A stretch of 64,000 nt of DNA from an uncultured bacterium (GTDB lineage: Bacteria > Chloroflexota > UBA5177 > JANWHV01), in NCBI GenBank assembly GCA_963729625.1, contig CAVSOU010000010.1, positions 1,312,001 to 1,376,000 of the forward strand. Reading direction: 5' to 3'. This document shows, one piece after another, positions 38,448-47,850 of the stretch (position 1 is the stretch's first letter; every line of letters starts with the position of its first letter). The notes under the pieces are model-generated. The model saw only the letters and a list, made by a program, of their open reading frames with translations, had not been told where the DNA came from and made no database searches. The position numbers and the translations under genes were made by a program.

Positions 38448-40151
38448 ATGCAGGAAAATGGCCATCATGCGGTGCTGAGGCAGTTCGTGGCCGACGGGAT
38501 GCACTACATGTTTGGCAACCCGGGCACGGTAGAACAGGGATTTCTGGATGCCTTGAGCGATGTTCCGGAGTGCCGCTACATACTGACGCTCCAGGAGAGT
38601 GTGGCGGTCATGGCTGCCGATGGCTACGCCCGTGCCACGCACCGCCCCACGTTGGTACAGATTCATAGCTCCCCTGGACTCGGCAATGCTATTGGCGCCT
38701 TGTACCAGGCAAATCGTGGCCATTCGCCCCTGGTAGTGATCGGCGGTGACGCGGGCATCAAGTATCAACCGATGGACGCCCAAATGGCAGCGGACCTCGT
38801 TGCAATGGCCAGGCCGGTGACCAAGTGGGCGACAACGGTACTGGAATCCCAGTCGTTACTGCGAGTATTGCGACGGGCGATCAAGATTGCCGCTACCCCG
38901 CCGATGGGACCCGTCTACATATGTCTGCCGCAGGATATCATGGACATGCCCGCGTCCGAGCCCGTGTTCCCCACCAGCATCCCGTCTGTGCGCGTTGCGC
39001 CCCAGCCAAGCCTGCTGCAGCAACCGGCGGCCTTTCTGGCCGGGGCGTCTCACCCCATGATCTATGTCGGAGACGGCGTTGCCTATGCCGATGCCCAGGA
39101 TGAGCTGACACGGCTGGCCGAGCTTCTTGGCGCCGAGGTCTATGAGGCTGATGCGGGCGAAGTCAACATGAGCTACGACCATCCTCTGTATCAGGGGTCG
39201 ACAGGCCACATGTTCGGGTACCAGAGCCTGCCCATCATGCGGCGAGGTGACGTCAATCTCATCTGCGGCACGTATGTGCTGCCAGAGGTGTTCCCGGAGC
39301 TTGGCGACATCTTTGCCGACGGTTCGGTGGTCATCCATATCGATCAGAATGCGTACGAGGTCGGCAAGAACCATCGCGTTGACTTCGGCTTTGTTGCCGA
39401 TCCGAAGCTGACTCTCGCCGCCCTTGCCGATGCCGTGGAGGCAGCGGCCACGGCCGAGCAGAAGGCGGCCGCTCGCGAGCGCCTAGCCCGGATCACGGTG
39501 GATAGTGCTGAACGCCGCGCGAAGGCGCTCGAGTCGGATGTGTCGGTGCGGGATGTCATGCCGCTCCACATGGCTCGCTTCGCCGAGGAGTTGAAGAAAG
39601 CGTTGCCGGACGATGCGATAATCTTCGATGAAGCCCTGACTAACAGCCCCCCGATTAGCCGCTACGTCCTGCCCGGGCGCACCGGGCAGTACTTCGTCAC
39701 GCGTGGAGGATCGTTGGGCGTGGGATTCCCGGGAGCCATCGGCGTGAAGCTAGCGAATCCCCACAGGACCGTAATAGGTTTCAGCGGCGACGGCGGCGCG
39801 ATGTACACGATCCAGGCACTGTGGACTGCTGTTCGTCATAACGTGGATGTCAAGCTCGTGGTCTGCAACAATCGCTCATACCGGCTGCTGCAGCTGAACC
39901 TCCAGGCCTACTGGAAGGAACGAGGCGTCGAGCCTCGCGCGTTTCCGCTCAGCTTCGATCTGTCGCAGCCCGACCTGCGGTTCGATGAGATGGCAAGGTC
40001 CATGGGTGCCCAGGGCGTGCGGGTCGAGAAACCGGGGGAAATCGCCCCAGCCATCGAGAAGATGCTGGCAACGCCTGGCCCGTTTCTGATTGACTTGATT
40101 CTGGAGGGGGACACGCATCCAGAGTTGATAGGCGTTACTTGCGGCCAGTAA
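38448..40151 (+). CDS. ThDP-dependent enzyme (benzoylformate decarboxylase-like)
   Basis: FGNPGTVE, LQESVAVMAADGYAR, HSSPGLGNA, GGSLG, GDGGAMY..QALWTA..NNRSY. Confidence 0.92.
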   Translation: MQENGHHAVLRQFVADGMHYMFGNPGTVEQGFLDALSDVPECRYILTLQESVAVMAADGYARATHRPTLVQIHSSPGLGNAIGALYQANRGHSPLVVIGGDAGIKYQPMDAQMAADLVAMARPVTKWATTVLESQSLLRVLRRAIKIAATPPMGPVYICLPQDIMDMPASEPVFPTSIPSVRVAPQPSLLQQPAAFLAGASHPMIYVGDGVAYADAQDELTRLAELLGAEVYEADAGEVNMSYDHPLYQGSTGHMFGYQSLPIMRRGDVNLICGTYVLPEVFPELGDIFADGSVVIHIDQNAYEVGKNHRVDFGFVADPKLTLAALADAVEAAATAEQKAAARERLARITVDSAERRAKALESDVSVRDVMPLHMARFAEELKKALPDDAIIFDEALTNSPPISRYVLPGRTGQYFVTRGGSLGVGFPGAIGVKLANPHRTVIGFSGDGGAMYTIQALWTAVRHNVDVKLVVCNNRSYRLLQLNLQAYWKERGVEPRAFPLSFDLSQPDLRFDEMARSMGAQGVRVEKPGEIAPAIEKMLATPGPFLIDLILEGDTHPELIGVTCGQ

Positions 40152-40220
40152 TGGCATAAACGCGCGTGGTAGTCTGCGTTCGTGCTGGGCGAGGATTGAG
40201 ACAGTGCGGAAAGGAGCGCG

Positions 40221-40790
40221 ATGAAACTCACCGGGGCCAAGGTTGGCGTGCTCATCGAGGGCGACTTCTATGAGAACGAGATCCTCTATTACCAGCACCG
40301 CTTCCCTGAAGAAGGGATAGATCTGCACTTCTTGACCAGGCTGTGGGGGCAGCCTTCGCTGACTTTCCTCGGACACGAATATCGAGTGCCCTTTGAGTGC
40401 CGCGAGAGCTTCGAAGACCTGGATGATCAGGCTTTGCGTAGCTTTTCGGCAATTATCGTGCCGTCGGGCATTGTGGCTGACCGGTTGCGGTATACCGAGG
40501 ACATCAGTAAGCTGCCACCGGCACTCGAATTTCTCAAGCGAGCATTCGCCGAGCAAAGCATCATCAAAGGCATCATTTGCCACGGCCTGTGGCTGGTGGC
40601 ATCGGCGCCTGAGCTTGTGCGCGGCCGGCGGCTCGTCGTACACAACAATTTGATCGGCGATGCCAGAAATATGGGAGCCATCTACACGGATCAGGATGTG
40701 GTCGTGGATGGCGACCTGGTGACGGCGCGTACCGGCGGGCATTGCCATCAATTCGCACGCACAATCATCGATATCCTGGCCGCCCGCTAG
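40221..40790 (+). CDS. DJ-1/PfpI family protein
   Basis: GVLIEGDFYENE, ICHG.W, GAIYTDQDVVVDGDLVTAR. Confidence 0.9.
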   Translation: MKLTGAKVGVLIEGDFYENEILYYQHRFPEEGIDLHFLTRLWGQPSLTFLGHEYRVPFECRESFEDLDDQALRSFSAIIVPSGIVADRLRYTEDISKLPPALEFLKRAFAEQSIIKGIICHGLWLVASAPELVRGRRLVVHNNLIGDARNMGAIYTDQDVVVDGDLVTARTGGHCHQFARTIIDILAAR

Positions 40791-40930
40791 TGGGTCAAGT
40801 GCGTTGCTCATGGCCATTGCCACCGCGCCTGAGACTCCGGCCTTCAGGCCGGAGGGCCTCACCCGCTCGCCCAGCCGTGGCCTTCAGGCGGCATCTGAAC
40901 GGCGATGAACGTGACAAGCGACCCACCTAG
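40787..40930. mobile_element. MITE-like ~144-bp repeat, copy 1
   Basis: Ends CTAGTGGGTC...GACCCACCTAG; internal palindrome ctccggccttcaggccggag; second copy at 56262-56404. Confidence 0.7.
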
Positions 40931-40989
40931 CGCGTCAGCTGTGCCTGCCCAATAGCCCATTACCCTATGCGTAGAGGAGTTGAGCAACA

Positions 40990-41436
40990 ATGGCCGAACC
41001 CATCACCCTGGAACAGATCAAGAGACTGGTGGCTGCGTGGTATCTGGCGCTGGATCAGCACGACCCTATCGCAAACTGCTACGCGTTGCTCGCCGACCAG
41101 GGCCTCAACGTGCAATTCCCCGACGGCGACATCCGTGACCATGCCGGCTTCAAGAAGTGGTACGACCGGGTCACCAATTTGTTCTTCGACGAGAGTCATG
41201 TTGTCCAGAGCGTGGAAGCCGAAATCAAGGGTGATGCGGCCGACATCAGAGTCGTCGTGGGTTGGCAGGCCAGCTGGTGGGAGGCGCCTGCGGCGAAGAG
41301 CAAACGCGTCTCCATGGATGCGACGCAGGCATGGACGGTGCGCCGGTCGGCAAAGAATGCCTATGGTCTGGAGATCGTCACCTACAACGCGACCGTTGAG
41401 CCTTTCAAGTATGCGCCGGGATTTGCGCGCCTGTAG
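40990..41436 (+). CDS. SnoaL/NTF2-like protein
   Basis: RLVAAWYLALD, FPDG..GFKKWY....FFDESH.V, VGWQAS.W; RBS AGGAG. Confidence 0.8.
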   Translation: MAEPITLEQIKRLVAAWYLALDQHDPIANCYALLADQGLNVQFPDGDIRDHAGFKKWYDRVTNLFFDESHVVQSVEAEIKGDAADIRVVVGWQASWWEAPAAKSKRVSMDATQAWTVRRSAKNAYGLEIVTYNATVEPFKYAPGFARL

Positions 41437-41708
41437 CTCGCCGCCGCTCCTTAGGACCGAACTTGCTACACTGCCCTCATCAGGGCATCCTCACCTTGAC
41501 CGCATGAGGCTGTTCTTGACGGGTTGAAGCGGGTTTAGGAAAGGAAAGGCACGATCGTCTTCTCGTGGTTGAGCTGCACGCAGGCGCGTCCCCGGCTCTT
41601 CCGTTGGCCCACACCTCCTGGCCTTGGTGCCCCGCGCTAGACCTGGAGAACGTCCCCTCGCTCCGTTGTCACGAGTCCGATGTATTGACCACGTATTTGG
41701 AGGACGGC

Positions 41709-42200
41709 ATGCCGAAATTGACAGAGGCGGGTCTTCAGGAATTCATCCTGGAGTTCTACCGGCAGGCGGACAGTAGTGCTCCCCTGGTCTGGTTCCTTCC
41801 CTACATTGAAGACGATTTCCACATGGTCTGGACGCCCACGTGCGAATTTCGTGGCCAGGTGGGATTCGAGGAGTTCTACCGCAACCTTACTGGAAACCTG
41901 TTCGATCGCGTTCACCAGGTCTCCGATATCAGCATCAAGACTGACGGCGATAAGGCTGAGGTCACCTTCACCATTCACCTGACCGCCAAGGTATGGAGCG
42001 CTCCGCTACCAAAAAGCATCCACGCCGAGAACTACGCCAACTTCCGCTGGACCGTACGCACATCCGAAAAGACCGGCAATCTGGCCATCATGGACTACTT
42101 CCTGACGGGAGTGCGTTTCCCAGAAGGAAGCATTATTGTCGATGCGGACAAGGTCTTCAAGTACCCGAGCTGGATGCACGGCCCCTGGGGTTTCCCGTAG
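41709..42200 (+). CDS. SnoaL/NTF2-like protein (resembles 40990)
   Basis: GGAGG then ATG; EFY..D, FRGQVGFEEFY..L..FDRVH.V..I.I..DGDKAEV. Confidence 0.75.
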   Translation: MPKLTEAGLQEFILEFYRQADSSAPLVWFLPYIEDDFHMVWTPTCEFRGQVGFEEFYRNLTGNLFDRVHQVSDISIKTDGDKAEVTFTIHLTAKVWSAPLPKSIHAENYANFRWTVRTSEKTGNLAIMDYFLTGVRFPEGSIIVDADKVFKYPSWMHGPWGFP

Positions 42201-42477
42201 ATCGCTGGGGCCACGGTGAGCGGTACGCAGGCTGCGACCGGCACATGCGCGCCGTGAGAAGTCGCGGCACTGGCAAGGGGCTCCCGGGCCGGTACGGTGC
42301 TGCCTGCATGATGTAGGTGGCCGGAAACGCGCCAGAGGCAGTCGCTCACGGTTACTCGCCACCAGGCCGATACGAGTCGTCGACCGCGCGCGCAGTACGC
42401 ACGTCTTGATGCGCTCGCGGGGTTTGGTAACGGGCACAAGGTAACAGGCACGCGCGCCGAGTAAGGAGGCCAATGCT

Positions 42478-42891
42478 GTGACACCTTCCGACAACAGAGC
42501 AGTCGTTCAGGCCTGGGCAGATGCCCTGAGCGCCGGTGATATCGATAGGGCTCTCGTCCACCTCGCACCAGATTACGTCGGTCACTTTTCCGCAATGCCC
42601 GAGCCCGTGCAAGGACCCGAGGGCTTCAAGGGCATGTACATGTACTTCATCAAGCCTGCGTTCCCAGATCAGAAGATTACGATCGAGCGGCAGGTAATCT
42701 CAGGCGACAGGATAGCGATCCAATTATCGTGGACCGCGACGCACCAGGGCCCGTTTCTGAACACGCCGCCCACCGGAAGACGTGTCGAGGTCCCCGGCAC
42801 CGGCATCTTCCGTGTAGCCGGCGGCCAGATCGCCGAGGAGTGGATGCTCGAGGACTTCCTGGGCCTCTATCAACAGATCACTCAAGGCTAG
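42478..42891 (+). CDS. SnoaL-like ester cyclase
   Basis: AAGGAGG then GTG; NRAVV, GPEGFK, AFPD, GDRI, THQGPF...PPTGRRV, GQIAEEW..D. Confidence 0.9.
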   Translation: MTPSDNRAVVQAWADALSAGDIDRALVHLAPDYVGHFSAMPEPVQGPEGFKGMYMYFIKPAFPDQKITIERQVISGDRIAIQLSWTATHQGPFLNTPPTGRRVEVPGTGIFRVAGGQIAEEWMLEDFLGLYQQITQG

Positions 42892-42909
42892 TGCTGCAGG
42901 GAGGGCGTC

Positions 42910-43329
42910 ATGCCAGAACGGGAAAACGCGGCTATACTGGAACGCTACTACGAAGAAGTGGTGAACCAGGGGAAGCTTGACGTGGTCGACGACGTTATCG
43001 CGCCCGACTACGTATCGCATCATAACGACCCAGCCCACCTCCCCCCCGGGCCTCCTGGAGTCAAGGCGTTTGTCTCCATCACCCGAGCAGGGTTTCCCGA
43101 CCTCCACCTTACGGTTGATCAAGTCTTTGCTGAGGGCGACCAGGCAGCCTCGATGTGGACAATGGAGGGTACCCACACGGGCGAGTGGTTCGGCGCTCCC
43201 GCGACAGGCAAGCATGCGAAGTGGTCAGGCATCGTGGTATCGCGCTTTGAGAACGGCAAAATCGCTGAGGACTGGTACAACTTCGATCAAGTATCGTTGC
43301 TGCAGCAGCTCGGCATCATCCCGAGTTAG
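42910..43329 (+). CDS. SnoaL-like ester cyclase
   Basis: EVVNQG.LD, GFPDL, AEGD, GTHTGEWFGAPATGK, GKIAEDW..D..LLQQLG. Confidence 0.92.
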   Translation: MPERENAAILERYYEEVVNQGKLDVVDDVIAPDYVSHHNDPAHLPPGPPGVKAFVSITRAGFPDLHLTVDQVFAEGDQAASMWTMEGTHTGEWFGAPATGKHAKWSGIVVSRFENGKIAEDWYNFDQVSLLQQLGIIPS

Positions 43330-43617
43330 CCTTCTGGTCAGGAACTCGCAACGGCGGTGAAATGCAGGCCTCGCCGCAAGGCGAGGCGCTCGTTCCATCG
43401 CCGCTGCGGACCCACGTAACGCACAAGCGCGCTCGGATGTCTGGCCTGCGCCTGGCGCACCGGCCGGCTGACCTTGGTGAGATCGTTTGTTTGTTCTGCG
43501 GGAACATGTTGTGCCGGGTGAGCCACCTGCGATCCCGGCAGAACGCACGATGGAGAACCGCACGCCCGATCCAGTGACACGCGCTATTGCAAGGAGTGGC
43601 AGAAAGATGGGATTTCG

Positions 43618-44409
43618 ATGAATGCCAAGGGACAGCGTGAGCCAAACAGATTGAAGCGGAACCTCATGGCCGGCAAACCGTGCATCGGCACGGTGGTGAC
43701 CCTCAACAACGTCGCGGTGGCCGAAATGCTCGCCCGCGTCGGCTACGACTGGCTGTGGTTCGAGACGGAACACACCTCGCTTGAGCTGGAAAGCTTGCAG
43801 GCCATGCTTGCCGCCACAAACGGCTCTGACGTGAGCACGGTGATTCGCGTGCCGTGGAACGACAAGACCATGATCAAGCGCGCGCTCGACCTGGGTCCGG
43901 ACGCGCTCATCATTCCGGAGGTCAACACCCGCGCAGAAGCCGAGCAAGCCGTCCGTGCGATGAAGTACCCACCGTGGGGCGAGCGGGGCGCCGGTATGGC
44001 TCGCGCGCAGTCGTACGGCGGTCAGCTTGTGGAATACCTCGAGATGGCCAACGACGAAGTGATGGTGATTCCGATGATCGAGCATATCCAGGCCGTAGAG
44101 AACATCGATGAGATTCTCGCGGTCAAGGGAGTGGACTCGGTGATGGTCGGCGCGCTCGATCTCTCTGGGAGCCTGGGCCTGCTGGGCCAGACGGGCCACC
44201 CGGATGTCGAAGGTGCTGTGCAGCGGGTTTTGGCGGCGTGCAAGCGAGCAGGAATACCGTGTGGCGCCGTCGCCATGACGCCTGAACAGGCCAACGCACG
44301 GATCGAGCAGGGCTTCACCAACATCTCGTTGGGCATGGACGTGGTCTATCTCCGCGGCTCCGCGAAGGCTGCCGTGGAACAGGTGAAGCGCCCTGCCACC
44401 GCCAGCTAG
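43618..44409 (+). CDS. HpcH/HpaI-family class II aldolase
   Basis: GYDWLWFETEH, IRVPWND..IKRALDLG, YPPWGERG, MIE..AVENIDEI, VGALDLS.SLG. Confidence 0.92.
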   Translation: MNAKGQREPNRLKRNLMAGKPCIGTVVTLNNVAVAEMLARVGYDWLWFETEHTSLELESLQAMLAATNGSDVSTVIRVPWNDKTMIKRALDLGPDALIIPEVNTRAEAEQAVRAMKYPPWGERGAGMARAQSYGGQLVEYLEMANDEVMVIPMIEHIQAVENIDEILAVKGVDSVMVGALDLSGSLGLLGQTGHPDVEGAVQRVLAACKRAGIPCGAVAMTPEQANARIEQGFTNISLGMDVVYLRGSAKAAVEQVKRPATAS

Positions 44410-44502
44410 CCGTCGGCATGGCTACTGGCTCGCTCAAGCTCGTTTGGAATTAGGCAGAGGGGCCCCAAGGCCGGACCGGGCGCGCCTATCTGGATGGGCC
44501 TG

Positions 44503-45114
44503 TCAACCCTGGTGGTCGCCGGGCACGTGATCGAGCATCCGGCGCGCTTCGTCGTACTGCGCCATGGTGTCCACGTCGATCGCTATCCTGGCGTCTGGCG
44601 CCGGTACCGTGGCCACCAGGTCCGGGCGCTCGAGTAGCAGCGAGCGCACTCCACGGTCGCCAGTGATGGACATGACCAGAGGCCAGACTGTGCGATCGAG
44701 GAGCAGCGGTGCGCCGCTGTATCCGCCATACTCGGTGGCGATCAAGGGCTGACGTGTCTCCACATGCCGGGCCTCGAGTAACCCGAACAGGTCACTGGTG
44801 ACGAAGGGCTGATCGCCAATGACTAGTATGACGGCCGTGACGGCCGGTCTCAGGCAGGCAAGCCCAAGCCGGAGGGAGCTGCTCAGTCCCTCGACATGCT
44901 GCGGATTGATCACCACGTCGATACCGGCCAGGTCAACCGCGCGCGAAATCTCGTCAGCCGCGTGCCCCAACACCACCACCAATTGCGCGGGACCATACTG
45001 TCGCAGCGCCGCCAGAGGCCACTCCAGCAGAGGCCGCCCACCCAGCGGTAGCAGCTGCTTTGGTTGACCAAGCCGGCGCGAGGCGCCGGCCGCCAACACG
45101 AGGCCGGCTATCAC
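44503..45114 (-). CDS. Molybdenum cofactor cytidylyltransferase (MocA-like)
   Basis: LAAGASRRLGQPKQLL, GLSSSL, GDQP, GDRG.R, DVDT; coupled to the xdhC-like gene. Confidence 0.88.
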   Translation of the reverse strand: MIAGLVLAAGASRRLGQPKQLLPLGGRPLLEWPLAALRQYGPAQLVVVLGHAADEISRAVDLAGIDVVINPQHVEGLSSSLRLGLACLRPAVTAVILVIGDQPFVTSDLFGLLEARHVETRQPLIATEYGGYSGAPLLLDRTVWPLVMSITGDRGVRSLLLERPDLVATVPAPDARIAIDVDTMAQYDEARRMLDHVPGDHQG

Positions 45115-46217
45115 GAGCGTGTGCCGGCAAGCGCGCTCAGGGGGCCGCCAACCCTGCCGTGCCGCGTTGCCACGATCTCTGCCAGGATGCTCAGCGCAAT
45201 CTCCTCCGGCGTGTCTGCCCCGATGTCCAGGCCGATCGGGCCGCTCAGACGTTGCAGATCCCGATCGCTGAACCCCAGGGCCTGCAGGCGCTCGCGGCGC
45301 TGCGCGTGCGTCCGGCGGCTGCCAATCACGCCAACATAGGCAGCCGAACTGCTCAAGAGCACCGGCAGCAATGGCTCCTCGAACTTGGGGTCATGCGTCA
45401 ATACGGCCACACTGGTGGTAGGACCAATCGGCCGTCCGATGAGCGCTTCATGCGGCCAGGCGACGATGATCTCGGCAGCATGTGGAAAGCGCTCCCGCGT
45501 GGCAAAAGCCGACCTGGCGTCGATCACAATAACGCGGTAGCCGATCAAGCTCGCCATCGACGCCAGGGCAATCGAGACATGGCCGGCGCCGATGATAACA
45601 AGCGTGGCTGGTGGCACGTGCGACTCGACGAAGAGTTCCACCATCTGCTCGCCGTCCGGTGCATCACAGCCGAGCACACCGGAGTCCAGAGGATAGCGGC
45701 GCGTGCGAGAGCGTGACATGCTTAGGGCTCCCCGTGCGTCCTCTTCAACACGCGCATCGAGTTGACCAAGGCCCAGTGAACCCTGCTTTGAGCCATCCTG
45801 GAAGATCAGCATCTTTGCTCCAAGAGTTGCGGGAGCGCCGATCACCGTGACCTCGACCACCGGCTCCTGTGCTCGAATTGCTTGTGCCAGGCTGCAATAG
45901 TGCATCGTCGACAGGCGTTCGATGGACACACGCATGGCGCCGCCACACGCCAGACCGATCTCGAAGGCCATATCGCCGGTGAAGCCATACTCCACCACTC
46001 TCGGCGTTCCGCTCTCGATCACCTGCAGTGCGTGCTCGAAGACGTCGGCCTCGACACAGCCGCCGCTGACGGATCCCACGAATTCCCGCTCGGGCGTCAT
46101 CGCCATCTTGGCGCCAACACCCCGAGGAGTGGACCCTTCCACCGATACCACGGTCGCCAGCGCGACCTGCTTGCCCTGTTGGTGCCACAGGTCGATCTGA
46201 TCCAGAAGCTCCCGCAT
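45111..46217 (-). CDS. xdhC: XdhC/CoxI-family Mo-hydroxylase maturation factor
   Basis: ALATVV..GSTPR..GAKM, GSVSGGCVE, GLACGG, GAGHV, THD, YVG.IGSRR, PIGLDIGA.TPEEIALSI. Alternative start 46262. Confidence 0.92.
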   Translation of the reverse strand: MRELLDQIDLWHQQGKQVALATVVSVEGSTPRGVGAKMAMTPEREFVGSVSGGCVEADVFEHALQVIESGTPRVVEYGFTGDMAFEIGLACGGAMRVSIERLSTMHYCSLAQAIRAQEPVVEVTVIGAPATLGAKMLIFQDGSKQGSLGLGQLDARVEEDARGALSMSRSRTRRYPLDSGVLGCDAPDGEQMVELFVESHVPPATLVIIGAGHVSIALASMASLIGYRVIVIDARSAFATRERFPHAAEIIVAWPHEALIGRPIGPTTSVAVLTHDPKFEEPLLPVLLSSSAAYVGVIGSRRTHAQRRERLQALGFSDRDLQRLSGPIGLDIGADTPEEIALSILAEIVATRHGRVGGPLSALAGTRS

Positions 46218-46460
46218 CTGACTGCCCCAGGGATACTGCGGGGCCTGCTCATGCGGCCCCATACAGGATTATTCTAGCCGGTCCAACAGGAAGGTCGAAG
46301 ATGTGTCCTGGCGATGCGTCGTCGTGATAGGCCAGGTTGACTTCTGGTACTGTCAATTGCCCTCGCGCCGCACTTGCTATCTCACTGGCTTCCGAACTGC
46401 TACCATTTATCTTAGGACAGCCTCGCGCTGAGCAGAATCGTGAGAGGGTGGTTGCGAAGA

Positions 46461-47240
46461 ATGGGCAAGAAGGTTCTGGTACTCGCCTCCAATATTGGCT
46501 TGTGGGCCGAGGAATTGCAGGCTCCGTGGGACGCGCTCAACAAGGCGGGCTTTGACCTGACGCTGGCTACAGAGCAGGGGAAGACGCCGCTATCCTTGGC
46601 ACTCAGTGAGGATCCGGAGTTTGTGGATCCGGTCCAGAAGTACCATGTGAACCCTCCAGAAGTCGTGGAGAGGGTCAAAGAGATCTACGCAACCGGCGAG
46701 TGGGACAACCCGATCACTATCGCGTCCGCCAACATGGACGACTATGATGCGATTGTCGTCGTCGGAGGGCCCGGGTCACCGCTGGATCTGACTGGAAACG
46801 CGAAAGTCCATCGCCTGCTCGAGAAAGCATTTACGGACAGCAAGACCATCGGGGCTCTCTGCTATGCCGTGGGTGCGCTCGTGTGGGCACGGAACCCCTC
46901 CGACTGGAACAAGAGCATCATCTACGGAAAGCAGATAGTTGCCCATCCCAAAGAGTGGGATTTCACAGGCCCCCTTCCCTACCCGCTCTATGGAGCGACC
47001 CCCGACAATCCGGGCACCGATCTGGTCACGCCCGGGTTTGTCTATCCGCTCAGCCCCATTGTCGTAGATGCCGTAGGGCCAAGCGGGAAAGTTCATTCCG
47101 ACCCGACCGCCAATCGCGAGCATCCACAGGTGATGTATGACCCGCCTTTTGTCACCGCGCTGTCAGTCGAGTCGTCAATCGCCTTTGGTGAGAAGCTGGT
47201 CGAAGTTCTTTCGGCCAAGCTCGCCGGGGTGAGCGCCTGA
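46461..47240 (+). CDS. DJ-1/PfpI (class I GATase-like) protein
   Basis: GLWAEELQAP, YDAIVVVGGPG...D, IGALCYA, FVTA. Confidence 0.85.
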   Translation: MGKKVLVLASNIGLWAEELQAPWDALNKAGFDLTLATEQGKTPLSLALSEDPEFVDPVQKYHVNPPEVVERVKEIYATGEWDNPITIASANMDDYDAIVVVGGPGSPLDLTGNAKVHRLLEKAFTDSKTIGALCYAVGALVWARNPSDWNKSIIYGKQIVAHPKEWDFTGPLPYPLYGATPDNPGTDLVTPGFVYPLSPIVVDAVGPSGKVHSDPTANREHPQVMYDPPFVTALSVESSIAFGEKLVEVLSAKLAGVSA

Positions 47241-47408
47241 GACACAGACCACGGGGGAACGCAGGGCGAGGCTTTGGTGAATCGCCTACCGCTCCCGAAC
47301 GCTGTTGATCGCGCTCGTCTTGGCTGTCACAGGTCGTGTCCCAGGTAGGGGTACGCCCTGTCTTCTGGATGAGCCCTTAAGCATCTTGGTCCTATGGGAG
47401 TAAAGACG

Positions 47409-47756
47409 ATGGCACTCGATACGCCAGGCTGGAAGTTCTTTGAGAAGCACCTGCAGTTCTTCATTGATAAGGACGTCGACGGCTTGCTTGCCAGCGACTA
47501 TCACGACGACGCCATGTGCATATCCTACGACTTCGCAGTCAAGGGCAAGGAAGGCCTCAAGAGCCTGTTCACCGGTTACCTCGAGATGGTTGGCGACATC
47601 GCGCTCAGATCCACGGATCATTGGCGCGAGACCGAAGACTCTATCCTCATCGAGGCCACAATGGACACCTCGCGCGCCGGAGAGCGGAAAGTCTACGACA
47701 TCTTCATGATGAAGGACGGCAAGATCTCGCATCACTTCACCGGCGTACGAGCGTAG
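47409..47756 (+). CDS. SnoaL/NTF2-like protein
   Basis: KDVDGLL..Y.DDA, VKGKEGL, D.F.MKDGKI.HH; RBS GGAG. Confidence 0.8.
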   Translation: MALDTPGWKFFEKHLQFFIDKDVDGLLASDYHDDAMCISYDFAVKGKEGLKSLFTGYLEMVGDIALRSTDHWRETEDSILIEATMDTSRAGERKVYDIFMMKDGKISHHFTGVRA

Positions 47757-47850
47757 AAGCACTCGTATGTCGCACAGCAGCATTGGAGCCCGAGGAAGGC
47801 CCACCGGCTAGTAGTGCGCAGAACTGGTTTCTGGCGAGAAGGGGGAGACC

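Noticed and set aside
42420-42446. GTTT..GGTAA considered as a SigB-like promoter
   Set aside because: Weak match, and not repeated with consistent spacing upstream of other cluster genes.
46337-46356. TTGAC-N10-GTCAA inverted repeat in the divergent xdhC/DJ-1 gap
   Set aside because: Short arms, no second copy found and no regulator assignable.
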